This document shows positions 38,084 to 47,794 of a stretch of 64,000 bases of DNA, in pieces. The DNA comes from an uncultured Candidatus Saccharibacteria bacterium. GTDB taxonomy: Bacteria > Patescibacteriota > Minisyncoccia > Phycocordibacterales > UBA9973. Within the stretch, counting starts at the first letter, position 1. Every line of letters begins with the position of its first letter. The notes beneath the pieces were generated by a model. The model searched no databases, had not been told where the DNA came from, and saw nothing but the letters and a program-made list of their open reading frames with translations. The translations under genes were made by a program, and so were the position numbers. Where the stretch lies: positions 20,967 through 84,966 of the forward strand of contig CAZSFP010000003.1 of assembly GCA_964606285.1 (NCBI GenBank), given 5' to 3'.

Positions 38084-40672
38084 TTATTCCGTAACCATTA
38101 TATTTTTTTCTATAACTGCTTTGTTGTAAACAGTATCATATCCAGTGACACGAAGCGTATGTGAGCCGACAGAGAGAGAATAATTTTGTGGAGAGATGGA
38201 TGTCGTGAATGACATGTTTTCCAGAGTGGTGATGTAGATGTCATCGATGAAGATCATCACTTTTTTCAAAGGATAGGTTCCTTGACTGGTTGTCGTCACG
38301 GACATTTGTCCATTCATTGAAACTGTTTCAAGTGGAAATGTAGTAATGGTGAGATGTGGTTGTGTTGCTGGTGTGTGAACGTCATCGTATCCAGCTGGTA
38401 AATTTGCTTCAGTGATATATGGATAATTTCCACTGTGCGATGCCCACCAATTTTGAATTGGAATATTCCAACGACTAAATTGATTATCATCATCACTTGG
38501 AGTTTTTGGTGTTCGTGGTGCAGTCTTGTTGACCCAGTAAAGAATACTTTTGACATTGGTAATCACTTTCTCTGATCGAGTTTCTGGGGGAGTAAATTCG
38601 GTTGCACGTTTACCGGAAATTGTATCAATGACGACAGATGTGCCGCCTTGCCAGAGTCCACGGACAACGGGTGGAACGGTGTAGTCGACTGGTGCTGGGA
38701 TATATTTTTCAAACGGTTCTTTTGGTAGGGTTGGGAGAACATCCGCGAGGAATCGATGAAGGATTGGACCAGCGAGCGCGGAACCCCCTTTTTTCATTGG
38801 GACATTGTCATTGTTTCCAGCCCAGACACCAACAGCGATGTTCGGTGTGTATGCCATCGTCCATGCGTCTTTGTTATCGTTGGTCGTACCAGTTTTTGCC
38901 GCGACTTGGTAGCCAGGGAAGTTGAGTGCAGAGTTCGCACCAAATGTTGGAATGCGGGCGGTGTTGTCGGACATGACGTCGGAGAGCATGAGAACAGCAT
39001 TTTTGTCGAAAACCTGAGACGCATGCGAAGTAAATGCTTCGACGATGTCTCCTTTTTGATTTTTTATTTCGAGAATACCAGTTGCGGGATTGCGGACGCC
39101 AGAGTTGGCAAAGACGCTGTAGCCACTGGTCATGTCGAGAAGCGAGACTTCGGCGCCTCCGATCACGAGTGTGAGGCCATATCGAGCAGCACCTTCAAGT
39201 GAAGTGATACCAGCATCACGTGCGGTTTTGAGAGCATTGTTGATACCAACGAGATACAACATTTTGACTGCGGGGATGTTGCGTGATTCGGCGAGTGCAG
39301 AACGAAGTGAAATCGGACCTTTGTACGCATTGTCGAAGTTGTCCGGCATATAACAATCCGTTTTCTTGTGTCCGGGAAGCGGACTGCCGTACGCATTACA
39401 TGCAGAACTGAATTCTGTGGGGAGATCAAAGACCACGGTCTCTGGTTGATAACCCATGGAGAATGCAGTTTCGTAAATGAATGGTTTGAATGCAGATCCT
39501 GGTTGACGAAGTGCAGTCGCGACGTTGAAATTACCATCGACAGTAGTATCGAAATAATCGCGCGATCCGACCATGGCGAGAATTTGTCCGGTTTTTGGAT
39601 CGATAGCAACAAGTGCAGCGTTCTTGCCGTTGAAATCTTTTTCGTTTTTGAGTGCTTGATCTTTGACGATGGTTTCAGCTTTTGCTTGCATGGTTGCATC
39701 GATTGTTGTTATGACTGAAAGTCCTCCAGACGTAACTGTTTCAATACCGTATTTTTTCTCGAGGTAATCCTTTATATAAAACACAAAGTGTGGCGCGATA
39801 ATATGTGATTTTGCGTTCAGACGGAAAGTGACCTGTTCTTGTTTTGCGGCGGTGTGTTCTTCGGTGGTGATGAAACCAACTTCTTTCATGCGATCAAGAA
39901 CGAGATTTTTTCGAGCCTCGAGACGGTCTTTATTTTTTCCAAATGGAGAATAAAACGTCGGTGCTTTTGGAATTGCCGCAAGGTATGCTGCTTCAGCAAG
40001 AGTCAGATCTTTTGCACTTTTACCAAAATAGAGTTTTGAAGCTTCTTCGATGCCATAAACGGTACCGCCATATGGAGATTCATTGAGATAGAGTTCGAGA
40101 ATCTGTTCCTTGGTTAGACTTCGTTCAAGCTTGATAGAAATAATCCATTCCTTGAGTTTGCGGGTGATGGTTTTATCTGTCGTCAGTAGTGTATTTTTGA
40201 CGATCTGTTGTGTGAGTGTGGAACCGCCCTGGGAGAATGAACCGCTGGCGAGGTTGGCAAGAACAGCACGAATGATCGATAATGGACGAATACCTTGGTG
40301 ATTCCAGAATTCAGTATCTTCGATGGCGACCGTTGCGTTCTTTATATAGACACCCATGTCAGCATACGGAATACTGGTGCGTTTGATGTCAGAATGGACA
40401 TCATAGAGGAGAATCTTGCCGGTACGATCGTAGATCTTTGTCGAATTGATGACCTGTCGTTCATCAAAGGCTTTGAAATCCGGCATACGGAGTGTGCCGA
40501 TCCAGACGAGAAGAATACTTGCGCCAATGATGCCAATGCCGACGATAGCAAGAGCGATGTTTTTCAGTGCATGTTTTATTCCGTGTTTAAAGCCGAAAAC
40601 ACTCAAAAATTTCTTTTCGATGTGTGCTGCTATTTTTTTGAAATGATGCCAAGCTTTTTTTACTATTTTCAT
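38084..40672 (-). CDS. mrcA: Class A penicillin-binding protein (bifunctional glycosyltransferase/transpeptidase) with a long C-terminal extension
   Basis: GT51 motifs (ATVAIEDTEFWNHQGI, GGSTLTQQIVKN), the transpeptidase SAFKPFIY (SxxK) and KTGTTND; N-terminal TM anchor; 862 aa. Confidence 0.85.
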   Translation of the reverse strand: MKIVKKAWHHFKKIAAHIEKKFLSVFGFKHGIKHALKNIALAIVGIGIIGASILLVWIGTLRMPDFKAFDERQVINSTKIYDRTGKILLYDVHSDIKRTSIPYADMGVYIKNATVAIEDTEFWNHQGIRPLSIIRAVLANLASGSFSQGGSTLTQQIVKNTLLTTDKTITRKLKEWIISIKLERSLTKEQILELYLNESPYGGTVYGIEEASKLYFGKSAKDLTLAEAAYLAAIPKAPTFYSPFGKNKDRLEARKNLVLDRMKEVGFITTEEHTAAKQEQVTFRLNAKSHIIAPHFVFYIKDYLEKKYGIETVTSGGLSVITTIDATMQAKAETIVKDQALKNEKDFNGKNAALVAIDPKTGQILAMVGSRDYFDTTVDGNFNVATALRQPGSAFKPFIYETAFSMGYQPETVVFDLPTEFSSACNAYGSPLPGHKKTDCYMPDNFDNAYKGPISLRSALAESRNIPAVKMLYLVGINNALKTARDAGITSLEGAARYGLTLVIGGAEVSLLDMTSGYSVFANSGVRNPATGILEIKNQKGDIVEAFTSHASQVFDKNAVLMLSDVMSDNTARIPTFGANSALNFPGYQVAAKTGTTNDNKDAWTMAYTPNIAVGVWAGNNDNVPMKKGGSALAGPILHRFLADVLPTLPKEPFEKYIPAPVDYTVPPVVRGLWQGGTSVVIDTISGKRATEFTPPETRSEKVITNVKSILYWVNKTAPRTPKTPSDDDNQFSRWNIPIQNWWASHSGNYPYITEANLPAGYDDVHTPATQPHLTITTFPLETVSMNGQMSVTTTSQGTYPLKKVMIFIDDIYITTLENMSFTTSISPQNYSLSVGSHTLRVTGYDTVYNKAVIEKNIMVTE

Positions 40673-40856
40673 TCCGTTAGAAGTAGATCACGATCATTGT
40701 TCGTGTGTCTACATATTGATTAAAAGTAATAATAGATTCTCGTTGCATATAATTGATATCCCGTTGTGATCGTGACTTCTAACGGAATTCATATTGTAAA
40801 TCATACCACATCAGGATATTTCATGAACGCGGATGCTGTGATACTATAGACGCATC

Positions 40857-42065
40857 ATGACCCATATCGTTACAGATGAAAGTGCTATAGATGCAGTTCT
40901 TGATCGAGGGATTATTTCAAGTATTTTGCCGAGTAAGGAAGAATTCAAAAAAGTGCTCATGTCCGGAAAGAAATTGAAAATCTATATCGGCTTTGATGCG
41001 ACGGCCGACACCCTCCATTTGAGTCACGCAAAAAATCTTCTCCTCCTCGAAGATTTTCGAAGACTTGGACACGAAGCAATTCTTCTCTTTGGTGACTTCA
41101 CTGCCCGCATCGGTGATCCATCTGACCAGGTCGGCACACGATCGATCCTCACTGAAGCACAAGTACTCGCCAATATTAAAAGCTGGAAACGACAGATAAA
41201 AAATCTCCTCAATTTTTCGTGGTTTGGAAACGGAACAAAAGTGAAACAAAACAGTGCATGGCTGTCCAAACTCAATTTTTCAGATGTCCTTTCACTTGCA
41301 GCAAAAGTCACAGTCCAGCAAATGATCGAGCGCGATATGTTTCAAAAACGTCTCAAAGATGGCAAACATATTTTTCTCCATGAATTCATGTACCCACTCA
41401 TGCAGGGGTATGACAGTGTTGCGATGGATGTCGACGTGGAACTCTGCGGCACCGATCAAACATTCAATGCACTCATGGGACGGACATTGCTTCGAAAAAT
41501 AAAAAACAAAGAGAAATTTGTGGTGACGGTTAATCTCATGGAGAATCCGAAAACCGGTGAACTCATGTCCAAGAGTCGCGGCACTGGAGTATTTCTCAAT
41601 ACGAGTCCATCGGAAATGTTCGGGGCAGTCATGGCACAGCCGGATGAGATGATTGAAATACTTCTCATAAACTGTACGAGAATTTCAAAAGAAGATCTAC
41701 AAAGTATTCTTGCTCTCGGTCCACTGGAAGCAAAAAAGAAAACGGCAGCGGAAATAGTCCGTGTTGTATTTGGGGACAGTGATGCAGAAAAAGCACAGGA
41801 AAATTTCACTCAGGCATTCCAGAAAAAAGAAATTCCAGATGAACTCGAACAAGTAGTAGCTGGTATGGGAGAAAAATTGATGGATGTTATCGTCCGCGCA
41901 AATATTGTCGAATCAAAAGGGGAGTTCCGTCGTCTCGTAGAAGCAGGCGCAGTTACTGATCTCGAAACAGAAGAAAAAATTACTGATGCGAACACCATTG
42001 TGTCTTCTTCTCAAAAATTGAAAATCGGCAAACGGAGATTTGTTGAAATACAAATTAAAAAGTAA
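40857..42065 (+). CDS. tyrS: Tyrosine--tRNA ligase
   Basis: Class I HIGH-like LHLSHA, KMSKS-like LMSKSRGT and a C-terminal S4-like domain; 402 aa. Confidence 0.85.
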   Translation: MTHIVTDESAIDAVLDRGIISSILPSKEEFKKVLMSGKKLKIYIGFDATADTLHLSHAKNLLLLEDFRRLGHEAILLFGDFTARIGDPSDQVGTRSILTEAQVLANIKSWKRQIKNLLNFSWFGNGTKVKQNSAWLSKLNFSDVLSLAAKVTVQQMIERDMFQKRLKDGKHIFLHEFMYPLMQGYDSVAMDVDVELCGTDQTFNALMGRTLLRKIKNKEKFVVTVNLMENPKTGELMSKSRGTGVFLNTSPSEMFGAVMAQPDEMIEILLINCTRISKEDLQSILALGPLEAKKKTAAEIVRVVFGDSDAEKAQENFTQAFQKKEIPDELEQVVAGMGEKLMDVIVRANIVESKGEFRRLVEAGAVTDLETEEKITDANTIVSSSQKLKIGKRRFVEIQIKK

Positions 42066-42121
42066 TTTTTTCTTAATTAAAATAAAAATACCGCGGCCAT
42101 CGCGGTATTTTTATTTATATA

Positions 42122-42376
42122 TTATTCTGCTTCTTCCTCTTCTTCAACTCCACCAATGATATCTGCTGGAATTTCTTCATCTTCGTCGTCCAAGAGATCA
42201 TCGCCTATGTCGCTACCAGTATCGTCTTCATCAGTGATGTCATCGTCTGACATTTTTTTCTTTCGATCATCTATTTCATCTTCTTCGACATAGCCAAATC
42301 CTGAAGCGAGATCGTTGTCTGAGACAACATCTGCCCCTTCTCCAAATTCACTCATGTGTTCGTCATAATACGACAT
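42122..42376 (-). CDS. Small highly acidic protein (hypothetical)
   Basis: Asp/Glu-rich 84 aa. Start set at MSYYDEH. Confidence 0.4.
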   Translation of the reverse strand: MSYYDEHMSEFGEGADVVSDNDLASGFGYVEEDEIDDRKKKMSDDDITDEDDTGSDIGDDLLDDEDEEIPADIIGGVEEEEEAE

Positions 42377-42512
42377 AATACAAATTAAAATTATTTTATG
42401 AAACAGTTGTATCAAATTCTCTATCGCAATGCAAGCTTTTTCTTTTCCACAGAACAACCAGACGCGAAGCCGCCTGTGGTGATATACTTTTGGTACTAAT
42501 TATCTTTACATT

Positions 42513-42812
42513 ATGTCTCAGCTTTCAACGCACAAAAAAATTCTTCTTGCACTGTTTGTCGTTCTTCTTGTTGGTCTTGCTGCGTTTGTGTATATAAAGT
42601 ATCGACAGCAACATGAAAATGGATCACGGCCGCTCACTGAAGAGCAAAAAGCCGCAATTCTTGCACAATTGGCTGAGGAAAATGACGCACCACCGTTAAC
42701 TGATACACAAAAGACTCAAATTTTGACACAAATTCAAAAAGAACAAAAAAATCCACCGCTCACTGAAGAGCAAAAAGCCGCAATTCTTCTTCAGTTGAGT
42801 CAGGGGAATTAA
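42513..42812 (+). CDS. Membrane-anchored small protein with three ~22-aa tandem repeats (PPLTEEQKAAILxQL)
   Basis: N-terminal TM helix and three internal repeats visible in the translation. Confidence 0.5.
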   Translation: MSQLSTHKKILLALFVVLLVGLAAFVYIKYRQQHENGSRPLTEEQKAAILAQLAEENDAPPLTDTQKTQILTQIQKEQKNPPLTEEQKAAILLQLSQGN

Positions 42813-42818
42813 CCGACA

Positions 42819-44012
42819 ATGTTCAAAAAACTCTTTATTTTCATAGGTTGTATCGCACTCCTCTTTAGTGTTGCCAAGGTTTCTCATGCAGCACAGGTGA
42901 CCGGCTACGCATGGTCAGGAAATATCGGATGGATCAATATGTCTGGTGTGACGATCAATGACCAAACTGGTGCATTTTCCGGTTATGCATGGTCACCGAA
43001 TATCGGATGGATCAATTTTGGATTGACTGGAGTTACTATGGCGGGAGGAACAAATCCCGGCATTCATGCAGTTACCGGTTTTGCCCGTGCATGCACACCG
43101 GCCACCACAGGTCCTGGATCAGGACAATTTTGTAACGACACAGGTAACAGTACCGGATATGGTTCACCAACCAGTGATACCAATACCAACGGGTGGGGAG
43201 GATGGATCAGTATGAGTGGTTCAAATCCAACCTATGGCGTTTCTATAAACATTAACTCATCTGGTCTCGGGACATTTTCTGGATATGCTTGGGGTGACGA
43301 TGTGATTGGTTGGATAAATTTTGCAACAGCAGCACCTATAACTGCACAATTCCCTACAAGTACTATTGGTTGTATGGATCCAATGGCAACAAACTACAAT
43401 CCAAACGCAACGACACCAGGGATGTGTGCTTATGATATTCTAGGCTGTACCAACCCTATAGCAACAAACTACAACCCACAAGCAACAGTTGATGATGGTT
43501 CATGTATCCTTCCTCAAAATTCATCAACGGTTCTTCTCGGAAATGGTCTACCGAATGCTGTAACAGTTTGTGAGGATAAGTTCAATTTTAGTCTTACATG
43601 GCAAAGCCAAAACGTCTCTTCGTGTGTTGTCGGCTCAGGAAACACAGGCCCGTGGCCACCGACGTATAGCAGTACTGTCGGATCAAATGTGACACCGACA
43701 ACAGTTCTCTCTGGTCCGTACTATACGGTCAATCCTGGTGTCTATACTTATGCGATGTCATGTGTTCCGACAGCCACAAGCGCACTCATCCTCACCGTGC
43801 TTCCAAAGACCGATCCAATGTGTGCGCCACCGATTACAGGTTGTATGGATCCAAACGCGACAAACTATAATCCACTAGCAACAATTGCGAATAATGCGCT
43901 CTGTACATATCCAAACAATGTCTGTCCCGCATCAGCACTGAATGCCGGTCAAGCGCCGCCATGTCAGTATCCACAAGGCCCTGGAGGACGTCCGATCTAT
44001 ATTGAAAACTAA
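42819..44012 (+). CDS. Secreted repeat protein: 3x GYAWSxNIGWINF repeats followed by 3x Cys-bounded CxDPxATNYNPxAT...C repeats
   Basis: Signal peptide MFKKLFIFIGCIALLFSVAKVSHA; repeats read directly in the ORF. Confidence 0.55.
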   Translation: MFKKLFIFIGCIALLFSVAKVSHAAQVTGYAWSGNIGWINMSGVTINDQTGAFSGYAWSPNIGWINFGLTGVTMAGGTNPGIHAVTGFARACTPATTGPGSGQFCNDTGNSTGYGSPTSDTNTNGWGGWISMSGSNPTYGVSININSSGLGTFSGYAWGDDVIGWINFATAAPITAQFPTSTIGCMDPMATNYNPNATTPGMCAYDILGCTNPIATNYNPQATVDDGSCILPQNSSTVLLGNGLPNAVTVCEDKFNFSLTWQSQNVSSCVVGSGNTGPWPPTYSSTVGSNVTPTTVLSGPYYTVNPGVYTYAMSCVPTATSALILTVLPKTDPMCAPPITGCMDPNATNYNPLATIANNALCTYPNNVCPASALNAGQAPPCQYPQGPGGRPIYIEN

Positions 44013-44034
44013 TTATCAGCTATACTACAAACAT

Positions 44035-45768
44035 ATGAAACACATCACATCACAATTGAAAGTCACGGTAAAAGTTCTTACGATCGCAATCGTCCTTTTG
44101 CTTGGTACACACATTGCACGTGCAGCAGTCTCTCCGCAGTTCAATCCGCCGACAGGTGCTCCATCCGCAGGAACAAATGTGTATCCTCCAATTCATGAGG
44201 GTGCACAAGCTCAGACAAAGAATGGCGACCTTACTATTGGTATCGGAAACTTTCTCGGTGGAAAAACAATCAAAGGTGACTTTGTGAAAGGTGTGTGGGC
44301 GATGCTTGCGCCAATGATTATTTCAAGTGATGCGAACGGATTTGTTTCAAGTCCAAAATATTGTCTTCCGACACCAGCGCAAACAACAGCCGCAGATTAT
44401 GCACAAAACTGTATTACTACATGGCCAACGGGAGGTAACTTGCCTGCAGGTCAAAACAACCAAACACTTCGACACAATGGTACAACATGGGTTGCAAGCG
44501 ATGCAATCAAAAATATCGTCACACCTGTTCCGTCTGTCCAAATTCTTTTGAACGGCAAAGGTATTGTCGTAAACGGTAACAATGGCGGAACACAAATCGT
44601 TGACGGTACTGCTCCTACGACACAACCACAGTTTCTAACTCGATCGTCGCTGAACGGTGGCTATGCAACATGGGGCCCTGGTTTACCTATGGGAACAATA
44701 AATCAAACAATGCGTCATGATGGAACAAATTGGCTTGCTGACTCTCTTTTGAAAAACAATGGAACAAATCTTGTGAATATTAGTGATCCAGCTTCACCAA
44801 TTCCACCAATTAACCCACCCGTTCCAACTCTTTTGGTTAGTGGTAATGTTGTTGCATTTGATGTTCCGCCGTCAAACTCAAACCCACCAATCACTGGATA
44901 TAGATATGTTAAAGAAATGACGAACACAAGTCCTGTTGTTCAAATAACTGGGTCAAATGATACTCCAGAACTCATAAATTATTGGCAAAATCTTGGTCAG
45001 GGAGGATTTTTCTTGGGAGTAACGGGTCCTGTCAATACCGCCCTTCAGGCGGCACGAATCAGTGGTCCTTGTACTGATGCAACATATGGTGAAACCATTC
45101 CTGCTGGACAAAACTATACACTTGCTCAGACACTCAACTGTAATGATGCTTCATATACTATTACAAACTCTCAGGATACTCGACCGTACGTCTATGAACT
45201 CTACTCTCAGAGAACTGTTCATTCAGGTAGTAATGGATATGTGGAATATATTTTTAAAGCAAATCGATATAAAAGGGAAGCAATATACGGCCAAACACCA
45301 ACGTCTACAGGAGGAACACTTTTTGCTGTTCATGGACAATTTAGTGATCTCAATAGTTCAGCCCCTCTTTCACAAAGTAGTAATGGTGTTTGTTCTGACG
45401 CAAACGGAAAATTGATCCGATGTGCGATTGAAATACCTCAACCAGAACCTCTTGATATCAAGTATGTTCGTCATTCCTGGAGTGATATAAGTTCAAATTC
45501 TTCCAGATATGTATTTTGTCCAAGCTCATACAAGGCAATTGCGGCAAGTTGTGACACTGAAAAAGGAACGCAAGTATGTCAGGTGTACCCTGCTGTAGAT
45601 GGAGAGTTCGGTGTCGGAAGTTGGCCGGTGACAGCAAGTAATGCGTCATTTGCTACAGGAACAGCATGGTCTTCTAGCGGGGTCTATACAGGACGATCGG
45701 GTGGAGAAGTGCAGTGTGATCAAGATAATTGCGATGTCCACATTCAAATTACCTGCGTGATGCCATAA
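44035..45768 (+). CDS. Large secreted Gly/Thr/Asn-rich protein with a Cys-rich C-terminus
   Basis: Start set at MKHITSQLKVTVKVLTIAIVLLLGTHIARA (signal peptide); 577 aa. Confidence 0.5.
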   Translation: MKHITSQLKVTVKVLTIAIVLLLGTHIARAAVSPQFNPPTGAPSAGTNVYPPIHEGAQAQTKNGDLTIGIGNFLGGKTIKGDFVKGVWAMLAPMIISSDANGFVSSPKYCLPTPAQTTAADYAQNCITTWPTGGNLPAGQNNQTLRHNGTTWVASDAIKNIVTPVPSVQILLNGKGIVVNGNNGGTQIVDGTAPTTQPQFLTRSSLNGGYATWGPGLPMGTINQTMRHDGTNWLADSLLKNNGTNLVNISDPASPIPPINPPVPTLLVSGNVVAFDVPPSNSNPPITGYRYVKEMTNTSPVVQITGSNDTPELINYWQNLGQGGFFLGVTGPVNTALQAARISGPCTDATYGETIPAGQNYTLAQTLNCNDASYTITNSQDTRPYVYELYSQRTVHSGSNGYVEYIFKANRYKREAIYGQTPTSTGGTLFAVHGQFSDLNSSAPLSQSSNGVCSDANGKLIRCAIEIPQPEPLDIKYVRHSWSDISSNSSRYVFCPSSYKAIAASCDTEKGTQVCQVYPAVDGEFGVGSWPVTASNASFATGTAWSSSGVYTGRSGGEVQCDQDNCDVHIQITCVMP

Positions 45769-45895
45769 GAAACAAGAAATATAAAATCTATAAAAATCGC
45801 CTTATTCTGTAAGGCGATTTTTAGTTTTCCACAGAAACTTGCTTTTTTATGAAAAATTGGTATAATGATAATGAAATTATTTAAAAACAAGTGCC

Positions 45896-46516
45896 ATGAA
45901 AAAGTTTCTTTTAGCAGTATGTGTGATATTCACCATCTCTTTTTTCCCTCAAAATATTTTTGCTCAAAACCAAAATCCTATTGTTGAGGATATGACTGAT
46001 TATCCCAGCAATAACGATGTATCTTTTACAGTAGTTCTTGATGAAGCTACTGAAATGCCGACAGTTGTAACGGTAAAACATGCAACTGAACAATTGCCAA
46101 GCCCACTGGAATTGGTTGATTCTGTTTTTACCATCACCTCTCCGTTTTTTAATTTTACCATTGATGGTTTAAACGCAGGTAATTATTATTGCACATCTCT
46201 TTCATTTCAAAATGCGACAGGTCAACCGCTCCCGTATCAGTATTGTTTCTGGACGACCGAATCATCTGTTGGTGTTCAGGAAAACACTGCTGTTGAATTG
46301 AATATATATCCTAATCCTGCAAACGACCTGTTGTTTGTGCAATCAGAAATTGACAGTAAGATTTCTATTGCCGATATCCTTGGAAAGAATATTTTTCACA
46401 GGCAATCAAAAGAAATTGTTGAACGTATTGATATCAGAAACCTCCCTATGGGAGCATATTTTGTTACCGTAGAAAATACTCACGGCAAAACAATAAAAAA
46501 AGTACTTGTTCAATAA
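45896..46516 (+). CDS. Secreted protein ending in a T9SS-type (Por secretion) C-terminal sorting domain
   Basis: Signal peptide; the C-terminal ~75 aa (LNIYPNPANDLLFVQSEID...ILGKNIF...IDIRNLPMGAYFVTVENTHGKTIKKVLVQ) match the conserved CTD pattern. Confidence 0.6.
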   Translation: MKKFLLAVCVIFTISFFPQNIFAQNQNPIVEDMTDYPSNNDVSFTVVLDEATEMPTVVTVKHATEQLPSPLELVDSVFTITSPFFNFTIDGLNAGNYYCTSLSFQNATGQPLPYQYCFWTTESSVGVQENTAVELNIYPNPANDLLFVQSEIDSKISIADILGKNIFHRQSKEIVERIDIRNLPMGAYFVTVENTHGKTIKKVLVQ

Positions 46517-46574
46517 TCTTATAGCCCTTTCCTAAAAAATTCCCCAATATTGTTTGGGGAATTTTTATTTGCAT

Positions 46575-47003
46575 TTATTTATCTAATACATCCAAACTCC
46601 AGGCGATGTCGCGAATGCGGGATTCGGAGAATTTCTTTTCATGCGTTTGGGCTTTTTGGATTTCCTCGACTTTTGGTTGTTCCTTGAGGGATTTGTTTTT
46701 TGGTTGTTTCCAGATAAAGAGTTTTCTTTGGAAAATATAGGTGAACCACGCTTCAACGATAAAAATAAACGGTTTTTCATTGACGCGATAGAACGTCAGG
46801 GCGATGGCAAAGGCAATGAGACCGAGCGCGAGGGGAATACCGAGAAATCCCGGCAGGATCCGATAGAGAATGTACGCGCCGCCTGCGCCGCCTGCGAGAT
46901 AGACGAATTGTCGAAACGTGAATGGTCCGAAAATCTTGTCTTCGACGTCGATGAATTGAGGAACGCGAAATTGCATATGAATAGTATAGCAGGTGAAAAA
47001 CAC
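46575..47003 (-). CDS. Small two-TM membrane protein, divergent from the VirB4 operon (possibly VirB3-like)
   Basis: 142 aa with hydrophobic hairpin GGAGGAYILYRILPGFLGIPLALGLIAFAIALTF. The assignment is by context only. Confidence 0.35.
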   Translation of the reverse strand: MFFTCYTIHMQFRVPQFIDVEDKIFGPFTFRQFVYLAGGAGGAYILYRILPGFLGIPLALGLIAFAIALTFYRVNEKPFIFIVEAWFTYIFQRKLFIWKQPKNKSLKEQPKVEEIQKAQTHEKKFSESRIRDIAWSLDVLDK

Positions 47004-47010
47004 GATACCA

Positions 47011-47090
47011 ACTAGTACAGTAGTACGAGTACGTAGTATGTAGTATAAATTCCTAATACTTTGTACTATGTACTCATACTAAGTACTATT
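47011..47090 (+). repeat. GTAC-rich conserved intergenic element, copy 1 (upstream of the VirB4 operon)
   Basis: tagtacgagtacgtagtat ... atactttgtactatgtactcatactaagtact; aligns with 50484-50550 and partly with 33080-33150. Confidence 0.6.
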
Positions 47091-47151
47091 TTTTTTGACT
47101 ATCCACTACAACCTATAACCTATTACACTATTTTTCTGTTATACTTTTTGC

Positions 47152-47793
47152 ATGGCACTCTCCGCACAACGGACGCAAGATTTCGTTCCGATCAAAGAAG
47201 TGCGTGACGGCATCGTCGTGCTCAAAGACGGCGGTCTGCGCGCCATCGTCATGGGTTCATCGGTGAATTTGTCTCTCAAATCGTACGAAGAACAAAAGGC
47301 GACCATCATGCAATTCCAAGCGTTCCTCAACACGCTTGATTTTAGTACGCAAATTGTTGTTCAGTCTCGCCGTCTCGACATCCGTCCATACCTCCTCCTC
47401 CTCGAGGGTGAAATGGCGAAACAGGCAGAACCGCTTCTCAAAGTTCAGACCCGCGAATATATGGAATTCATTAAACAATTCAATGAAGAGGTCAACATCA
47501 TGACTAAACATTTTTTTATTGTTGTTCCATACAGTGAAGAAGCACTTCAATCAAGCGGTGCAGGGTCTGGGTTTTCATTGTCGTCCATATTTGGTGGCAA
47601 GGATGAAAGCAAGAAACAAATGCAAGCGAATTTTGAAGAAAAGCGCAATCAGCTCGAGCAGCGCATCGCAGTCATTCAACAAGGTCTCGGTCGTGTCGGG
47701 GTCAAATCCGAACAATTGACTACAGAGGCGGTGATCGAACTGTTTTACAAGACATTTAATCCTGGCGACAGTCAGGCGTCGGTCGGAAAATAA
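47152..47793 (+). CDS. N-terminal ~210-aa segment of a VirB4/TrbE-family ATPase, encoded as a separate ORF
   Basis: QDFVPIKEVRDGIVVLKDGGLRAIVMGSSVNLSLKSYEEQ... resembles the first conserved block of VirB4/CagE/TrbE N-termini. The stop lies 1 nt before the next ORF's start, in a different frame. Confidence 0.55.
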   Translation: MALSAQRTQDFVPIKEVRDGIVVLKDGGLRAIVMGSSVNLSLKSYEEQKATIMQFQAFLNTLDFSTQIVVQSRRLDIRPYLLLLEGEMAKQAEPLLKVQTREYMEFIKQFNEEVNIMTKHFFIVVPYSEEALQSSGAGSGFSLSSIFGGKDESKKQMQANFEEKRNQLEQRIAVIQQGLGRVGVKSEQLTTEAVIELFYKTFNPGDSQASVGK

Positions 47794-47794
47794 T

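Noticed and set aside
40680-40856. T-box leader upstream of tyrS
   Set aside because: No T-box consensus (AATTAGGGTGGTACCGCG) or specifier/antiterminator arrangement is visible.
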